Source of the DNA: Sulfolobales archaeon
Lineage (GTDB): Archaea; Thermoproteota; Thermoprotei_A; Sulfolobales; AG1
Direction of reading: 5' to 3'
DNA length: 64,000 bases
Assembly (NCBI GenBank): GCA_038867615.1
Contig: JAWBYA010000003.1
Span: forward strand, 1-64,000
The notes beneath the pieces were generated by a model. The model did no database searches, was not told where the DNA came from, and saw nothing but the letters and a program-made list of their open reading frames with translations. The position numbers and the translations under genes are program-made. Each line of letters begins with the position of its first letter. The stretch's first letter is position 1. This document shows positions 52,494-61,718 of this stretch, piece by piece.

Positions 52494-52908
52494 ACATTAG
52501 ACCACCTACTTTCTATCTTTTCAATTACTTGAGACTACACCCTGATTCCCTGATTACATATGCCAAATTCCCGTGCGTTTTGTGATCGAGCACAAGTCTC
52601 TTCATCAATTAACCATCAATGGGGTTCTTAATATTTGATCTAAAACTACCATAGATCTTCCTATAGATATTAAGGTATATATTAAGAACCGTGCTATTTA
52701 GATCTTGCACTCCATACCTAAAGAATCTTTCTGACAAGCTATCCATATGAAAACGATCCAGCAAGCTCCCCCGATCTTTCATATACCGTGCCGCAGCTTC
52801 AATAATGATCCATGATGCTTCTAGCTTCTATTAATAACACTTAAAGTGTTAGTAAGTTATAAGTTAAAGAGAACCGCACATGCAAAAATCTTCGATTTGC
52901 ACGAACTA

Positions 52909-53064
52909 TTACCATTCCTCCTCTTCTTCCTCTTCCTCCTCCTCTTCGAACTCCTCTTCCTCTTCCTCAAACTCTTCTTCTTCGAACTCCTCTTCTTCCC
53001 ATTCTTCTTCGAATTCTTCTTCCTCTTCCTCCTCGAACTCTTCCTCCTCCTCGAACCTCTTCAT
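52909..53064 (-). CDS. Hyperacidic 51-aa microprotein (poly-Glu punctuated by Phe/Trp)
   Basis: ATG AAG AGG TTC, then GAR/TTY/TGG codons, ending TAA TAG; variation falls on third codon positions; TTTATATA box at 53107-53100. Confidence 0.75.
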   Translation of the reverse strand: MKRFEEEEEFEEEEEEEFEEEWEEEEFEEEEFEEEEEEFEEEEEEEEEEEW

Positions 53065-53327
53065 TTAAGCGACCCATGATATATCTGGAGAACAGCTTAT
53101 ATATAAATCGGTTCCGAATTAAACGTTGTTCTTATAGTTAGCCTCGGCTAACCAGCAACTCAAACCCAGCATAGACCCCACCGCATCAAACCTGTTCTCC
53201 CTAATCCTCTAAGCACCTATGCCTATTACGTATCTGAAGCGTGATTAGGATAAGTCATCATATGCTGTTGATCAATGAGTAAGGTAATATTATTAGCTAT
53301 AGAGCAGATATACAATGGTGTGTTTCT

Positions 53328-54188
53328 TTGCTCATAATAGGTAGAGAGGAGGTAGATTCAGTAGTAGATCCACAGGGTCTTGTGGAGGATATTAGAAACG
53401 TTTACCTATCCCAATACATAGCTTTCGAGAGGGTCTCGAGTGTCGTCAGCGGATCCTGGTTTGGGATCATGAGAGGATTTCACGAGGAACTGGGATTTCT
53501 AGTTAAAATAGTGGGGATTTTCCCCCAAGCATATCCAAGGGTTAAGGGCGTTGTAGCGGTTATAGACCATGTCACAGGCGATCTAAAGGCCCTGATAGAT
53601 GGGTATAGTCTTACAGGCTGGAGAACAGCTGGAGCGTCAGCCCTTGCCCAGATCATTCTCGGGGGATACAGCATAGAGACCCTCGGGATCATAGGCGCAG
53701 GGACACAGGCTCTCTACCACCTAAGGGTCTTCACCAAACTCTTTAGAATCGGTAGGATCTTGATAAGTACGAGAAGCCCTGAAAAAATAAGAGATCTTGC
53801 TAGAGAGTTTGGGGCGGAGCATGTATCAACAAAAGATCTCAACGCGACTGCCACAACAGTTATAGCTGCAACAAACTCGACAGAGCCAGTGGTAATAGGG
53901 GATCTTTTATCACCGGGCTCGATAGTGATCTCAGTAGGCGCCCCGAAACCTGTGAGGGAGCTTGATGAGAGAACTATTCAGAGGGCTGGATGCGCGTTAG
54001 TAGATACACGCCACGGTGTTTTGGAAGAGAGCGATGACGTGAAGGGGATAGAAGTAGTAGAGATCGGTGAGGCACTTAGGGGGAAGAGGTGCGTCTTTAG
54101 AGACATAAAGCTATACAAATCTGTGGGGACATCTATACTAGATATTGCAGGAGCAATCCATATACTTAGAAGAATGGGTGTTAAGTAA
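53328..54188 (+). CDS. Ornithine cyclodeaminase / mu-crystallin family protein
   Basis: LTGWRTAGAS, IGAGTQA, AATNS, YKSVG...D. Confidence 0.9.
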   Translation: MLIIGREEVDSVVDPQGLVEDIRNVYLSQYIAFERVSSVVSGSWFGIMRGFHEELGFLVKIVGIFPQAYPRVKGVVAVIDHVTGDLKALIDGYSLTGWRTAGASALAQIILGGYSIETLGIIGAGTQALYHLRVFTKLFRIGRILISTRSPEKIRDLAREFGAEHVSTKDLNATATTVIAATNSTEPVVIGDLLSPGSIVISVGAPKPVRELDERTIQRAGCALVDTRHGVLEESDDVKGIEVVEIGEALRGKRCVFRDIKLYKSVGTSILDIAGAIHILRRMGVK

Positions 54189-54262
54189 AAATAATGTTTA
54201 CAACCTAATGGTAGTTTCTAGATATTTGCCTTACAACGTATTTAGCTATAAGGGATGCCCTT

Positions 54263-54574
54263 ATGTCTGCGCCAGAGATCTTTGTTGAGAAGACCAATAG
54301 AGGTATTAGGATAATTAATAAGAGCAATAAAAAGATAAAGGTTGTGACAGTGACTCTCATCTATAGATATACTGTCACATCAGCAACAACTAAAACTCAG
54401 AGCGAGTCTCCATATCTCTCTAAAACAGGGTCTGAGAGGATGAATCTTATGAAAGATCTAGAATCTGGATCCTCGTTTGAGGTTGAGTTCTATCCACCAG
54501 ATATACTTGTATCTGTAGAGCTCGTAATTGAGAGCGATAAAGCCAGACATATCATATCTAGAAACCTCGTGTGA
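54263..54574 (+). CDS. Hypothetical protein
   Basis: ORF with SD-like GGGA; co-oriented with downstream genes. Confidence 0.6.
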   Translation: MSAPEIFVEKTNRGIRIINKSNKKIKVVTVTLIYRYTVTSATTKTQSESPYLSKTGSERMNLMKDLESGSSFEVEFYPPDILVSVELVIESDKARHIISRNLV

Positions 54575-54906
54575 AGCTAATGCTACACAGAGGTGCGGCT
54601 TGGAAAAGAATCCCGGCCATTTTGGTATCAATAGCACTAGCTGTTTTTATGAGACTGCTAGAGGGAGTATCGATTGTATATCTAGCTGAACCAGTAACTG
54701 TGAGCGGGGCTATAACTAGCAATACAGGAGCCAATAACCCCTTACAGTCCGGTGATCCCTTTCATAGTTTGGTGAGGGATTATAACCTACTTCCAACAGT
54801 TATTGGGATAATAATTGGCATTATATTGGTCATTATTGGAATAGTTTATCGTATTGGCTATAATAGACCTGGTGGTGAAAAAAGTTATAGTGGAGAGAGA
54901 TGGTAG
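54571..54906 (+). CDS. Hypothetical membrane protein
   Basis: Two hydrophobic segments; overlaps both neighbouring genes. Confidence 0.45.
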   Translation: MKLMLHRGAAWKRIPAILVSIALAVFMRLLEGVSIVYLAEPVTVSGAITSNTGANNPLQSGDPFHSLVRDYNLLPTVIGIIIGIILVIIGIVYRIGYNRPGGEKSYSGERW

Positions 54907-55571
54907 ATTGGGAGAGAGTTAGGAGAGATCTGCTGGCTGGAAGGCCTATTCTCCTCTACGATTTTGCCGGACGTGAGGAGGAGGTTGATATGGTCTTTTA
55001 CGCAGGATCCATCAACTACAGAAGCATATATACTCTCAGAAGAGAAGCCGGTGGTCTCATATGCCATGCAATCTCAGAAGCTGTGGCAAAAGAGCTGGGT
55101 CTACCCTACCTAAGCGATCTGCTATCATCGATATCCCAGCTCTCGGGTCTCACGTCTAGAAGGCTTAGGTATGGTGATGCACCACCATATTCGATCTATA
55201 TAAACCACTTCTCAGTAAGGACCGGCATATCTGATAAGGATAGGGCTCTAACTATAAGAAGGTTTCACGACGTTGTGGAGCTAGTAATATCTGGCGCTCC
55301 CGAGGAGGCTAGAAGAATCTTTTATAGCGAATTCGTAGCCCCGGGACATGTCCCCGTGTTGGTGAGCAGGGGTATAGGTAGAAGGAGGGGGCATACAGAG
55401 CTAAGCATAGCTATCGTAGAAAAGCTAGGTCTCGCTCCGAGCGTTATTATAGCTGAGATGCTCGATGAGGGCGACTCCATGTCACTTGAGAAGGCTGAGA
55501 AATATGCTGCTGAGAAAGGCCTTATACTGATCAAAGGCGATGAGATCCTCAAGGAGGTGGGAAGCATATGA
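54900..55571 (+). CDS. ribB: 3,4-dihydroxy-2-butanone 4-phosphate synthase
   Basis: REEEVD, GGLIC, TGISDKDRA, PGHV, RRGHTE. Confidence 0.95.
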   Translation: MVDWERVRRDLLAGRPILLYDFAGREEEVDMVFYAGSINYRSIYTLRREAGGLICHAISEAVAKELGLPYLSDLLSSISQLSGLTSRRLRYGDAPPYSIYINHFSVRTGISDKDRALTIRRFHDVVELVISGAPEEARRIFYSEFVAPGHVPVLVSRGIGRRRGHTELSIAIVEKLGLAPSVIIAEMLDEGDSMSLEKAEKYAAEKGLILIKGDEILKEVGSI

Positions 55572-56038
55572 GGAAAATAGGGGTTGTCGATACAACATTC
55601 TCCAGAGTTGATATGGCCTCTCCAGTGATCGAGGTGATAAAGTCTAGAATATCCGACGCCAAGATCGTGAGATACACAGTACCCGGGATCAAAGACATGC
55701 CAGTCGCTGCTAAAAAATTGATTGAGGAGGAGGGGTGTGATATAGTGATAACCCTCGGATGGGTGGGGAAAACCCTTACAGACAAACTAAGCTACCTGGC
55801 CCTCAGCATCGGGCTAATCAATGTCCAGCTAATGACTAACAAGCACGTGATAGACGTCACCGTACATGAGGATGAGGCTGAGAGCGAGGAGGAGCTCTAC
55901 AAAATAGCTATAGATAGGTCTAGAAAACATGCCGAAAACCTTGTTGAGCTACTCACGAGGGGTAGAGAGGCTCTTACTAAAAAGGCTGGCAAGGGTATTA
56001 GGCAGGGATACCCAGATGTTGGGCCAATCAGGGAGTGA
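55568..56038 (+). CDS. ribC: Archaeal riboflavin synthase
   Basis: [30 protein letters not shown]. Confidence 0.95.
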   Translation: MRKIGVVDTTFSRVDMASPVIEVIKSRISDAKIVRYTVPGIKDMPVAAKKLIEEEGCDIVITLGWVGKTLTDKLSYLALSIGLINVQLMTNKHVIDVTVHEDEAESEEELYKIAIDRSRKHAENLVELLTRGREALTKKAGKGIRQGYPDVGPIRE

Positions 56039-56483
56039 GGATTGTAAGGAGCAGAAAATAGAGATAGCGATCGTTGTTTCTGAGTTTAACTATGACATAA
56101 CCAGGATCATGCTTGAAAAAGCCGAGGATCACGCAAGATTCCTGGGGGCCAGCGTAAAGATCATAGCAAGAGCTCCTGGAACCTACGATATACCTATACT
56201 TGTTAAGAAGATCTTGGAGAAGGGGGGTATAGATGCTATAGTAACTTTAGGAGCAGTTATCGAGGGTGAAACAGAGCACGACGAGGTTGTGGCACACCAG
56301 GCGGCGAGAAAGATACTGGATCTTGGTGTAGAGTACGGCGTACCAATAACACTAGGGATAATAGGTCCCGGGGCTACAAGGCCACAAGCCTTAGAGAGAG
56401 CTGAGGAATATGCTAGAAGAGCTGTTGAGGCTGCTGTAAAGCTTGTTAGAAGGATTAGGGAGATAAAGTGTAGTCAGGGCTAA
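56016..56483 (+). CDS. ribH: 6,7-dimethyl-8-ribityllumazine synthase
   Basis: [30 protein letters not shown]. Confidence 0.95.
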   Translation: MLGQSGSEDCKEQKIEIAIVVSEFNYDITRIMLEKAEDHARFLGASVKIIARAPGTYDIPILVKKILEKGGIDAIVTLGAVIEGETEHDEVVAHQAARKILDLGVEYGVPITLGIIGPGATRPQALERAEEYARRAVEAAVKLVRRIREIKCSQG

Positions 56484-56557
56484 CACTACTGCAAGACCAT
56501 TACCAGATCCCTCGAAAGCTTTAACCTCTTATTCCAAACTACCATATGGGGTATATC

Positions 56558-57700
56558 TTGAGGCTCTACGAGTTCGAGGGTAAGGAGATCTTCTCAAGAT
56601 ACGGCATAAAAGTCCCGAAGGGCGTGTTGATCTCAAACCCTGACGAAGTGGTAAGAGCGATAGACATCGTGGGAATCCCGGCTGTGCTCAAGGCACAAGT
56701 ACTTGTTGGGGGTAGGGGAAAGGCTGGGGGTGTGAGGATCGTTAATAATCGAGAAGACGCTCTCATAATAGCGAGGGAGATGTTCTCAAGAGAGATAAGG
56801 GGTGTTAGGGTAAGAAGGATCCTTGTGGAAGAAGCGGTTAAGATTGTAAGAGAGCTCTACCTATCCATAACTATTGATAGAAGCATGAGAAAATATGTCG
56901 TGCTCGGCTCTCTCGAGGGGGGTGTTGACATAGAGGAGATAGCTGTTAAGAAGCCAGAATCTATTGTAAGGATCTATATCGACCCTCTGGTAGGGCTTAA
57001 GAGCTATCACTCACGAGCCCTATCAGAGGGTATGGGGCTTGGTGGAGATCTTGCGGCTAAACTCGGCTCGGTGCTAAACTCCCTCTATAGGATCATGCTC
57101 GACTATGACGCGGATCTGGTAGAGATAAACCCGCTAGTTATAACCGAGACGCAGGATCTAGTTGCGCTGGACTCCAAAATAACGATAGATGACAATGCAC
57201 TATATAGGCATCAAGATCTAGTCTCGGCTTTGGAAAATGATCCGAGGGATATGGATGAAGACGAGATCATAGCCCGTAAATATGGCTTCACCTATGTAAA
57301 ACTCGAAGGAGATATAGGGATCATGGGGAACGGGGCTGGGCTTACCATGGCCTCAATGGATCTTGTAAAGCTATATGGTGGCAGACCGGCTAGTTTCCTC
57401 GATATAGGAGGCGGGGCTAACAAGGAGAGGGTTAAGGCAGCGTTAAAGATACTCCTCAAGAGGCCTGATATTAAAAGCATATTTATAAACATCTATGGAG
57501 GTATAACTAAGTGCGATGAAGTAGCAAGTGGAATTGTTGAGGCTATCAAGGAAACAGGCTCTGATAAGAAGATCTTTGTGAGGCTTGTAGGGACGAGAGA
57601 GGAGGAGGGGAGAAAAATACTGGTGGAAAACGGCATAGGGTACTTCACGGATGATAATGACGCGGCCTTAGAGGCTGTGAGGGCTGTAAGCAGTAGTTAA
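56558..57700 (+). CDS. sucC: Succinyl-CoA synthetase beta subunit (ATP-grasp)
   Basis: LYEFEGK, KAQVLVGGRGKAGG, EINPL, GNGAGLTM, FLDIGGG, GGITKCD. Confidence 0.95.
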   Translation: MRLYEFEGKEIFSRYGIKVPKGVLISNPDEVVRAIDIVGIPAVLKAQVLVGGRGKAGGVRIVNNREDALIIAREMFSREIRGVRVRRILVEEAVKIVRELYLSITIDRSMRKYVVLGSLEGGVDIEEIAVKKPESIVRIYIDPLVGLKSYHSRALSEGMGLGGDLAAKLGSVLNSLYRIMLDYDADLVEINPLVITETQDLVALDSKITIDDNALYRHQDLVSALENDPRDMDEDEIIARKYGFTYVKLEGDIGIMGNGAGLTMASMDLVKLYGGRPASFLDIGGGANKERVKAALKILLKRPDIKSIFINIYGGITKCDEVASGIVEAIKETGSDKKIFVRLVGTREEEGRKILVENGIGYFTDDNDAALEAVRAVSSS

Positions 57701-57878
57701 TAGAAACACTCCACCATAGACCTGATTCTGATATGGATCCTCGTTCCATAGGATCTTCTCTTGCTCGTCGGTGAGGATTTATCGATGCGAAAACAACTAA
57801 CCTCTTATTCAGCATAAACAGATCTCCTTCAATGCAACATTACGATTTCTGCCCACATATCTTGATATATCTATGAGT

Positions 57879-58718
57879 TTATAGAGACTCATATGTGTTT
57901 TTCATAAGGATGGCGTCTCCCTCTATATTGGGCGATTCGGAGATCACAACCCCTTTTGCCTTGAAATCCTTCAACGCCCTCAATATATCCTTATAATTGA
58001 GATCCGACTCCTCTAGGTTTAGATGTTTTATCTCACCCCTATTTCCGTATTCTATGCCCGATATGTGTATATGCATACTATCTAGAGCTATTCTCCCAAG
58101 CCTTTCTTCTAGCTTTGCAAGAACACTTGATATCTCGCTATATGTGTTATACTTTCCAAGCGATCTGGCATGTATGTGTGCAAAGTCAATCGCTGGTAAC
58201 ACCATCTCCACATCCTCGGCTAACGATACAACCTCATCAAGATCACCGAACTCCGCAAGCCCTCCCATGGTTTCTGGCCTGATCCATATCTCGATCCCCT
58301 CATCCCTCAATACCTTTACTATATATCTCAAAGAGTCTCTAACCCTTTTATAAACCTCCTGGGGAGTGCTATTTCCATAATAAGCTGGGTGAAATACTAT
58401 AGAGAAAGCTCCGCTCTCGCTCCCCACCCTCGCCGTCTCAAGGATCCTCTGGATGCTTGCCCTCAGCTTATCCTGATCCTGCGAGTTTAGGTTAATATAA
58501 TAAGGAGCATGGGCCGTGAGGATCACCCCTAGATTGCTCGCCAAGATCCTCACCTCTTGGGCCGTGGATCTGCTCATCTTCACACCTCTAACGAACTCCA
58601 GCTCCATCGCGCCTAGACCGAGCTCCTTGACCCTCCTTATACCATCGAGTGAGGTCTTTTTAGGGGTTGAGAGCGGTATTCCGGCTGTTCCGAATACAAG
58701 TTTATCTAGGCTCTTCAC
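57879..58718 (-). CDS. nfo: Endonuclease IV (AP endonuclease)
   Basis: FGTAGIP, HAPYYINL, VFHPA, PETMG, DFAH, HIHISG, ISESP. Confidence 0.92.
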   Translation of the reverse strand: MKSLDKLVFGTAGIPLSTPKKTSLDGIRRVKELGLGAMELEFVRGVKMSRSTAQEVRILASNLGVILTAHAPYYINLNSQDQDKLRASIQRILETARVGSESGAFSIVFHPAYYGNSTPQEVYKRVRDSLRYIVKVLRDEGIEIWIRPETMGGLAEFGDLDEVVSLAEDVEMVLPAIDFAHIHARSLGKYNTYSEISSVLAKLEERLGRIALDSMHIHISGIEYGNRGEIKHLNLEESDLNYKDILRALKDFKAKGVVISESPNIEGDAILMKNTYESL

Positions 58719-59220
58719 TGCCAATACCACTAACATTCTTCCCGGTAAGGTTTATAAGGGCTCTTGAGATATGCTCGCGGCTAAATATAGATGAACCTAG
58801 ATCATCTATTATATCTCTAACCACATGTATAGACCCGTCGAGGCCTATTTTTACGAGAAGCAGCTTCGGTGTCGCTGTAACGTTGAAAACCATGAAGAGC
58901 TTCCTCGCCACAGGATCTGTGCATTTTGTCGTAAACCAGTCACACACAACCTTTATATGATGAATTCTAGTGAACTCCTCACCAACGCTCTTTAAAGCGT
59001 TTTCGAATATTGGGTAGAACTTTCTGCAGGACGGGCATAGGTTGTTATGGAAATAGATCAGGTAGTAATCCGCCTTGCTAAACAGCTCTCTTTCTCTATC
59101 TATATTCTGTTTGACATAACGCCCTTCCCTCCATATATACACACCGTTCTCAGCATATGCTCCTCCGGCTCGAACTAGCTTGAATATCCTTGCTATGAGG
59201 CTAGCTATTCTTCTCACCAC
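58702..59220 (-). CDS. Thioredoxin-like protein, paralogue of 48696-49265
   Basis: YFHNNLCPSC, VVCDWFTTKC, ATP cis-Pro loop. Confidence 0.75.
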   Translation of the reverse strand: MVRRIASLIARIFKLVRAGGAYAENGVYIWREGRYVKQNIDRERELFSKADYYLIYFHNNLCPSCRKFYPIFENALKSVGEEFTRIHHIKVVCDWFTTKCTDPVARKLFMVFNVTATPKLLLVKIGLDGSIHVVRDIIDDLGSSIFSREHISRALINLTGKNVSGIGSEEPR

Positions 59221-59361
59221 ACACCATACCCACGCAGTATTTTCATCTAATCTAGCTATATTTTTACAGGATCTTTATTGTATATGGGATCACGACTCGT
59301 TTGATAACTCCACCTATAATTCTCCACATCGTGATCACCGAGCTCAGTGCTTATTTGATAT

Positions 59362-60924
59362 GTGACTAAGGATATAATAGGATGTATCTCTTTGTGGGCA
59401 AGGGAGATCGAGGAGAGGATCAAGAAGCTGCGGGAGATGGGCAGAGATCCTTATCTAGTAGCATATAGGTTCGATGTATCATCCCCAGCATCAGAGATAG
59501 TATCTAAATATGCATACCTCAAGCCGGGGGATGAGACTACCGATAGCGTTTCAGTAGCTGGCAGGGTGTGGCATATCAGGAGGCATGGAAAAATAACATT
59601 CATGGATCTTTATGATAACACAGGTAAAATACAGATCGTTGTTAAAGCCGACTCCCTTAGAGATGATGATCGTTTGCTCCTCGAGATCATAGATAAAGGG
59701 GATATCATAGGTGCCAGCGGGCGTGTGATCAAAACCAAAGCCGGTGAGGTATCGGTTCTTGCCGAGAGGATAGAGATCCTCTCCCTGTCGTGGAGACCAA
59801 TACCCTTCCATGAGTTCGGGATCAAGGATCCCGAGCAGAGGTATAGGGAAAGGTATTTAGATATACTGCTAAACTCGAGGGTTAGGAGCGCTATAGTGAA
59901 TCTCTACAAGCTTGAGTATAATATGAGGAGGATCCTTAATGACAAGGGGTTTGTAGAGGTTCACACACCCAAGCTCCAACCGATCTATGGGGGGGCTCTT
60001 GCAAAACCCTTCGTAACAAAGATCGAGGCTCTCAAGAGGGATGCCTATTTAAGCATAGCTCCAGAGACATATCTAAAGAGGCTTGTGGTCGCTGGACTCT
60101 ACAGGGTTTACGAGATAGCTGTTTGCTTTAGGAACGAGGATATAGATGCTACACACTACCCGGAGTTTGTGCAGCTAGAGATATACCAGGCTTTTGCTGA
60201 TTGGAACGATATAATGTCTCTTGTTGAGGAGCTTGTTTCAGAGTCTGTCAAAAGCGTCTATGGCGACTATAAGGTTGAGGTTAGGGGTGATAATGATAGC
60301 TATACCATAGATTTTAGAAGACCTTGGAGGAGGATCACTCTAGAAGAAGCCATAGAGAGGTATGGTGGTGTTAATATATCTAATAAGGATGAGTCTGAGG
60401 TCATGGAGATAGCGAGATCCCTGGGGATCGAGGTCACAGACCCTAGGAGGGGGAAGATCCTCGAGAAGATCTTTGAGAAAACAGCACAGCCTAAGATAAA
60501 CGACCCAACCTTTATAACGCTCTTTCCAAGGGATATATCACCCCTTGCCAGACCCTATAGAAACGATCCCAAGTATAGCGAGAGGTTCGAGCTATATATA
60601 AAGGGGCTTGAGATAGGCAATGGCTACTCAGAGCTGAACAACCCGGTTCTTCAATACCACTTCTTCAAAGAAGAGGAGGAGTTGAGGAAGAAAGCGGGGA
60701 GAGCCGATGTAGAGTCCCACCCAATGGATAGAGACTATGTGAGAAGCCTGGAGTACGGCTTACCACCCACAGGGGGCGTTGGGATAGGGTTATACAGGCT
60801 ATCGATGGTTCTCTCAGGGCTTAGCTCTATAAAGGATGTGATCCCATTCATATATGTAGTTCCAGACGAGTTCCAATGCGCTGTTGAACTTAACCCGAAC
60901 CTCCTAGATCTGTATCTGAAATAG
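59362..60924 (+). CDS. lysS: Lysyl-tRNA synthetase, class II
   Basis: OB anticodon domain, RYRERYLD, FRNEDID.THYPEF, YGLPPTGGVGIG. Confidence 0.97.
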   Translation: MTKDIIGCISLWAREIEERIKKLREMGRDPYLVAYRFDVSSPASEIVSKYAYLKPGDETTDSVSVAGRVWHIRRHGKITFMDLYDNTGKIQIVVKADSLRDDDRLLLEIIDKGDIIGASGRVIKTKAGEVSVLAERIEILSLSWRPIPFHEFGIKDPEQRYRERYLDILLNSRVRSAIVNLYKLEYNMRRILNDKGFVEVHTPKLQPIYGGALAKPFVTKIEALKRDAYLSIAPETYLKRLVVAGLYRVYEIAVCFRNEDIDATHYPEFVQLEIYQAFADWNDIMSLVEELVSESVKSVYGDYKVEVRGDNDSYTIDFRRPWRRITLEEAIERYGGVNISNKDESEVMEIARSLGIEVTDPRRGKILEKIFEKTAQPKINDPTFITLFPRDISPLARPYRNDPKYSERFELYIKGLEIGNGYSELNNPVLQYHFFKEEEELRKKAGRADVESHPMDRDYVRSLEYGLPPTGGVGIGLYRLSMVLSGLSSIKDVIPFIYVVPDEFQCAVELNPNLLDLYLK

Positions 60925-61031
60925 CTGTTTAACGATAATTAGTTTCACCCCACCCCCACAGTGAGCGAGGAGGTAAAGATCTTTAGGAAACCCATTAATG
61001 GTAAGACCGACCAGGAATAGCTAGGGAGGCT

Positions 61032-61709
61032 ATGTATAGATGCTCCTACTGTGGTTCCACAGATATCGTATATGATCTCAGTCGGGGTTATACTGTATGC
61101 ACTAACTGCGGCTCTGTTAACGATATTATATATAATAGTGATTCAGAGCTGTATAGCAGGATAAGCTATCCAGAAGAACCTAGCGCTATATATAGACGTC
61201 CCCATAGCAATAAGCATTGGCACCAGGAAGAAGTAGCAAGGCTTAATGGTATGGGTAAGGCTTACAAAATATATAGAGGTTTGGTTAGTAAGAAGAGGCT
61301 TAAGAAGGGGGTTTTCGTATCTAGCGAAGCCTTACAAGCTCTCATGGCTGGGCGTAAGCCCCCCAGGATCTTCGATCATATCAACAACAAAGTGGTGAAC
61401 GAATTTCTCGAACAAAGCCCTGTGTTAAAGAAGGTGATCGATATAATGAAGGAATACCCTAGCATATATTCGAGAACAACCAGAGGCAAGGCTGCTGCCG
61501 CATATATCGCGGCTAAGATGGCTATAAGGGATCCTGTATCGCTGAGTACTGTTTCCAGGTTCTTTAACATTAGCATGGTTCATCTAAGGAGGATAAAGAG
61601 ATCTTTGGAGACGTCAAAAGATCTTCTCAGTAAAATCAGCTACATAGAGGATCTATCACGGGAGATCGCGGAGGCTGATATGTTTATAAAAAAGCATCTC
61701 GGCTCGTGA
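61032..61709 (+). CDS. Truncated TFB paralogue (TFB3-like) with TFIIB zinc ribbon
   Basis: CSYCGSTDIVYD..RG..VCTNCG ribbon; only 225 aa, lacking two full cyclin repeats. Confidence 0.7.
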   Translation: MYRCSYCGSTDIVYDLSRGYTVCTNCGSVNDIIYNSDSELYSRISYPEEPSAIYRRPHSNKHWHQEEVARLNGMGKAYKIYRGLVSKKRLKKGVFVSSEALQALMAGRKPPRIFDHINNKVVNEFLEQSPVLKKVIDIMKEYPSIYSRTTRGKAAAAYIAAKMAIRDPVSLSTVSRFFNISMVHLRRIKRSLETSKDLLSKISYIEDLSREIAEADMFIKKHLGS

Positions 61710-61718
61710 GGGATCTTT

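Noticed and set aside
52846-53079. Plus-strand poly-Ser and Phe/Leu-rich ORFs
   Set aside because: Antisense shadows of the minus-strand poly-Glu gene; wobble pattern and promoter support the minus strand.
53205-53262. ATGATGA C box on the minus strand
   Set aside because: No correctly spaced CTGA D box.
60941-60946. AGTTTC, a Sulfolobus-like DNA-damage-response element upstream of the TFB3-like gene
   Set aside because: A hexamer is expected by chance and it is not adjacent to a clear TATA box.
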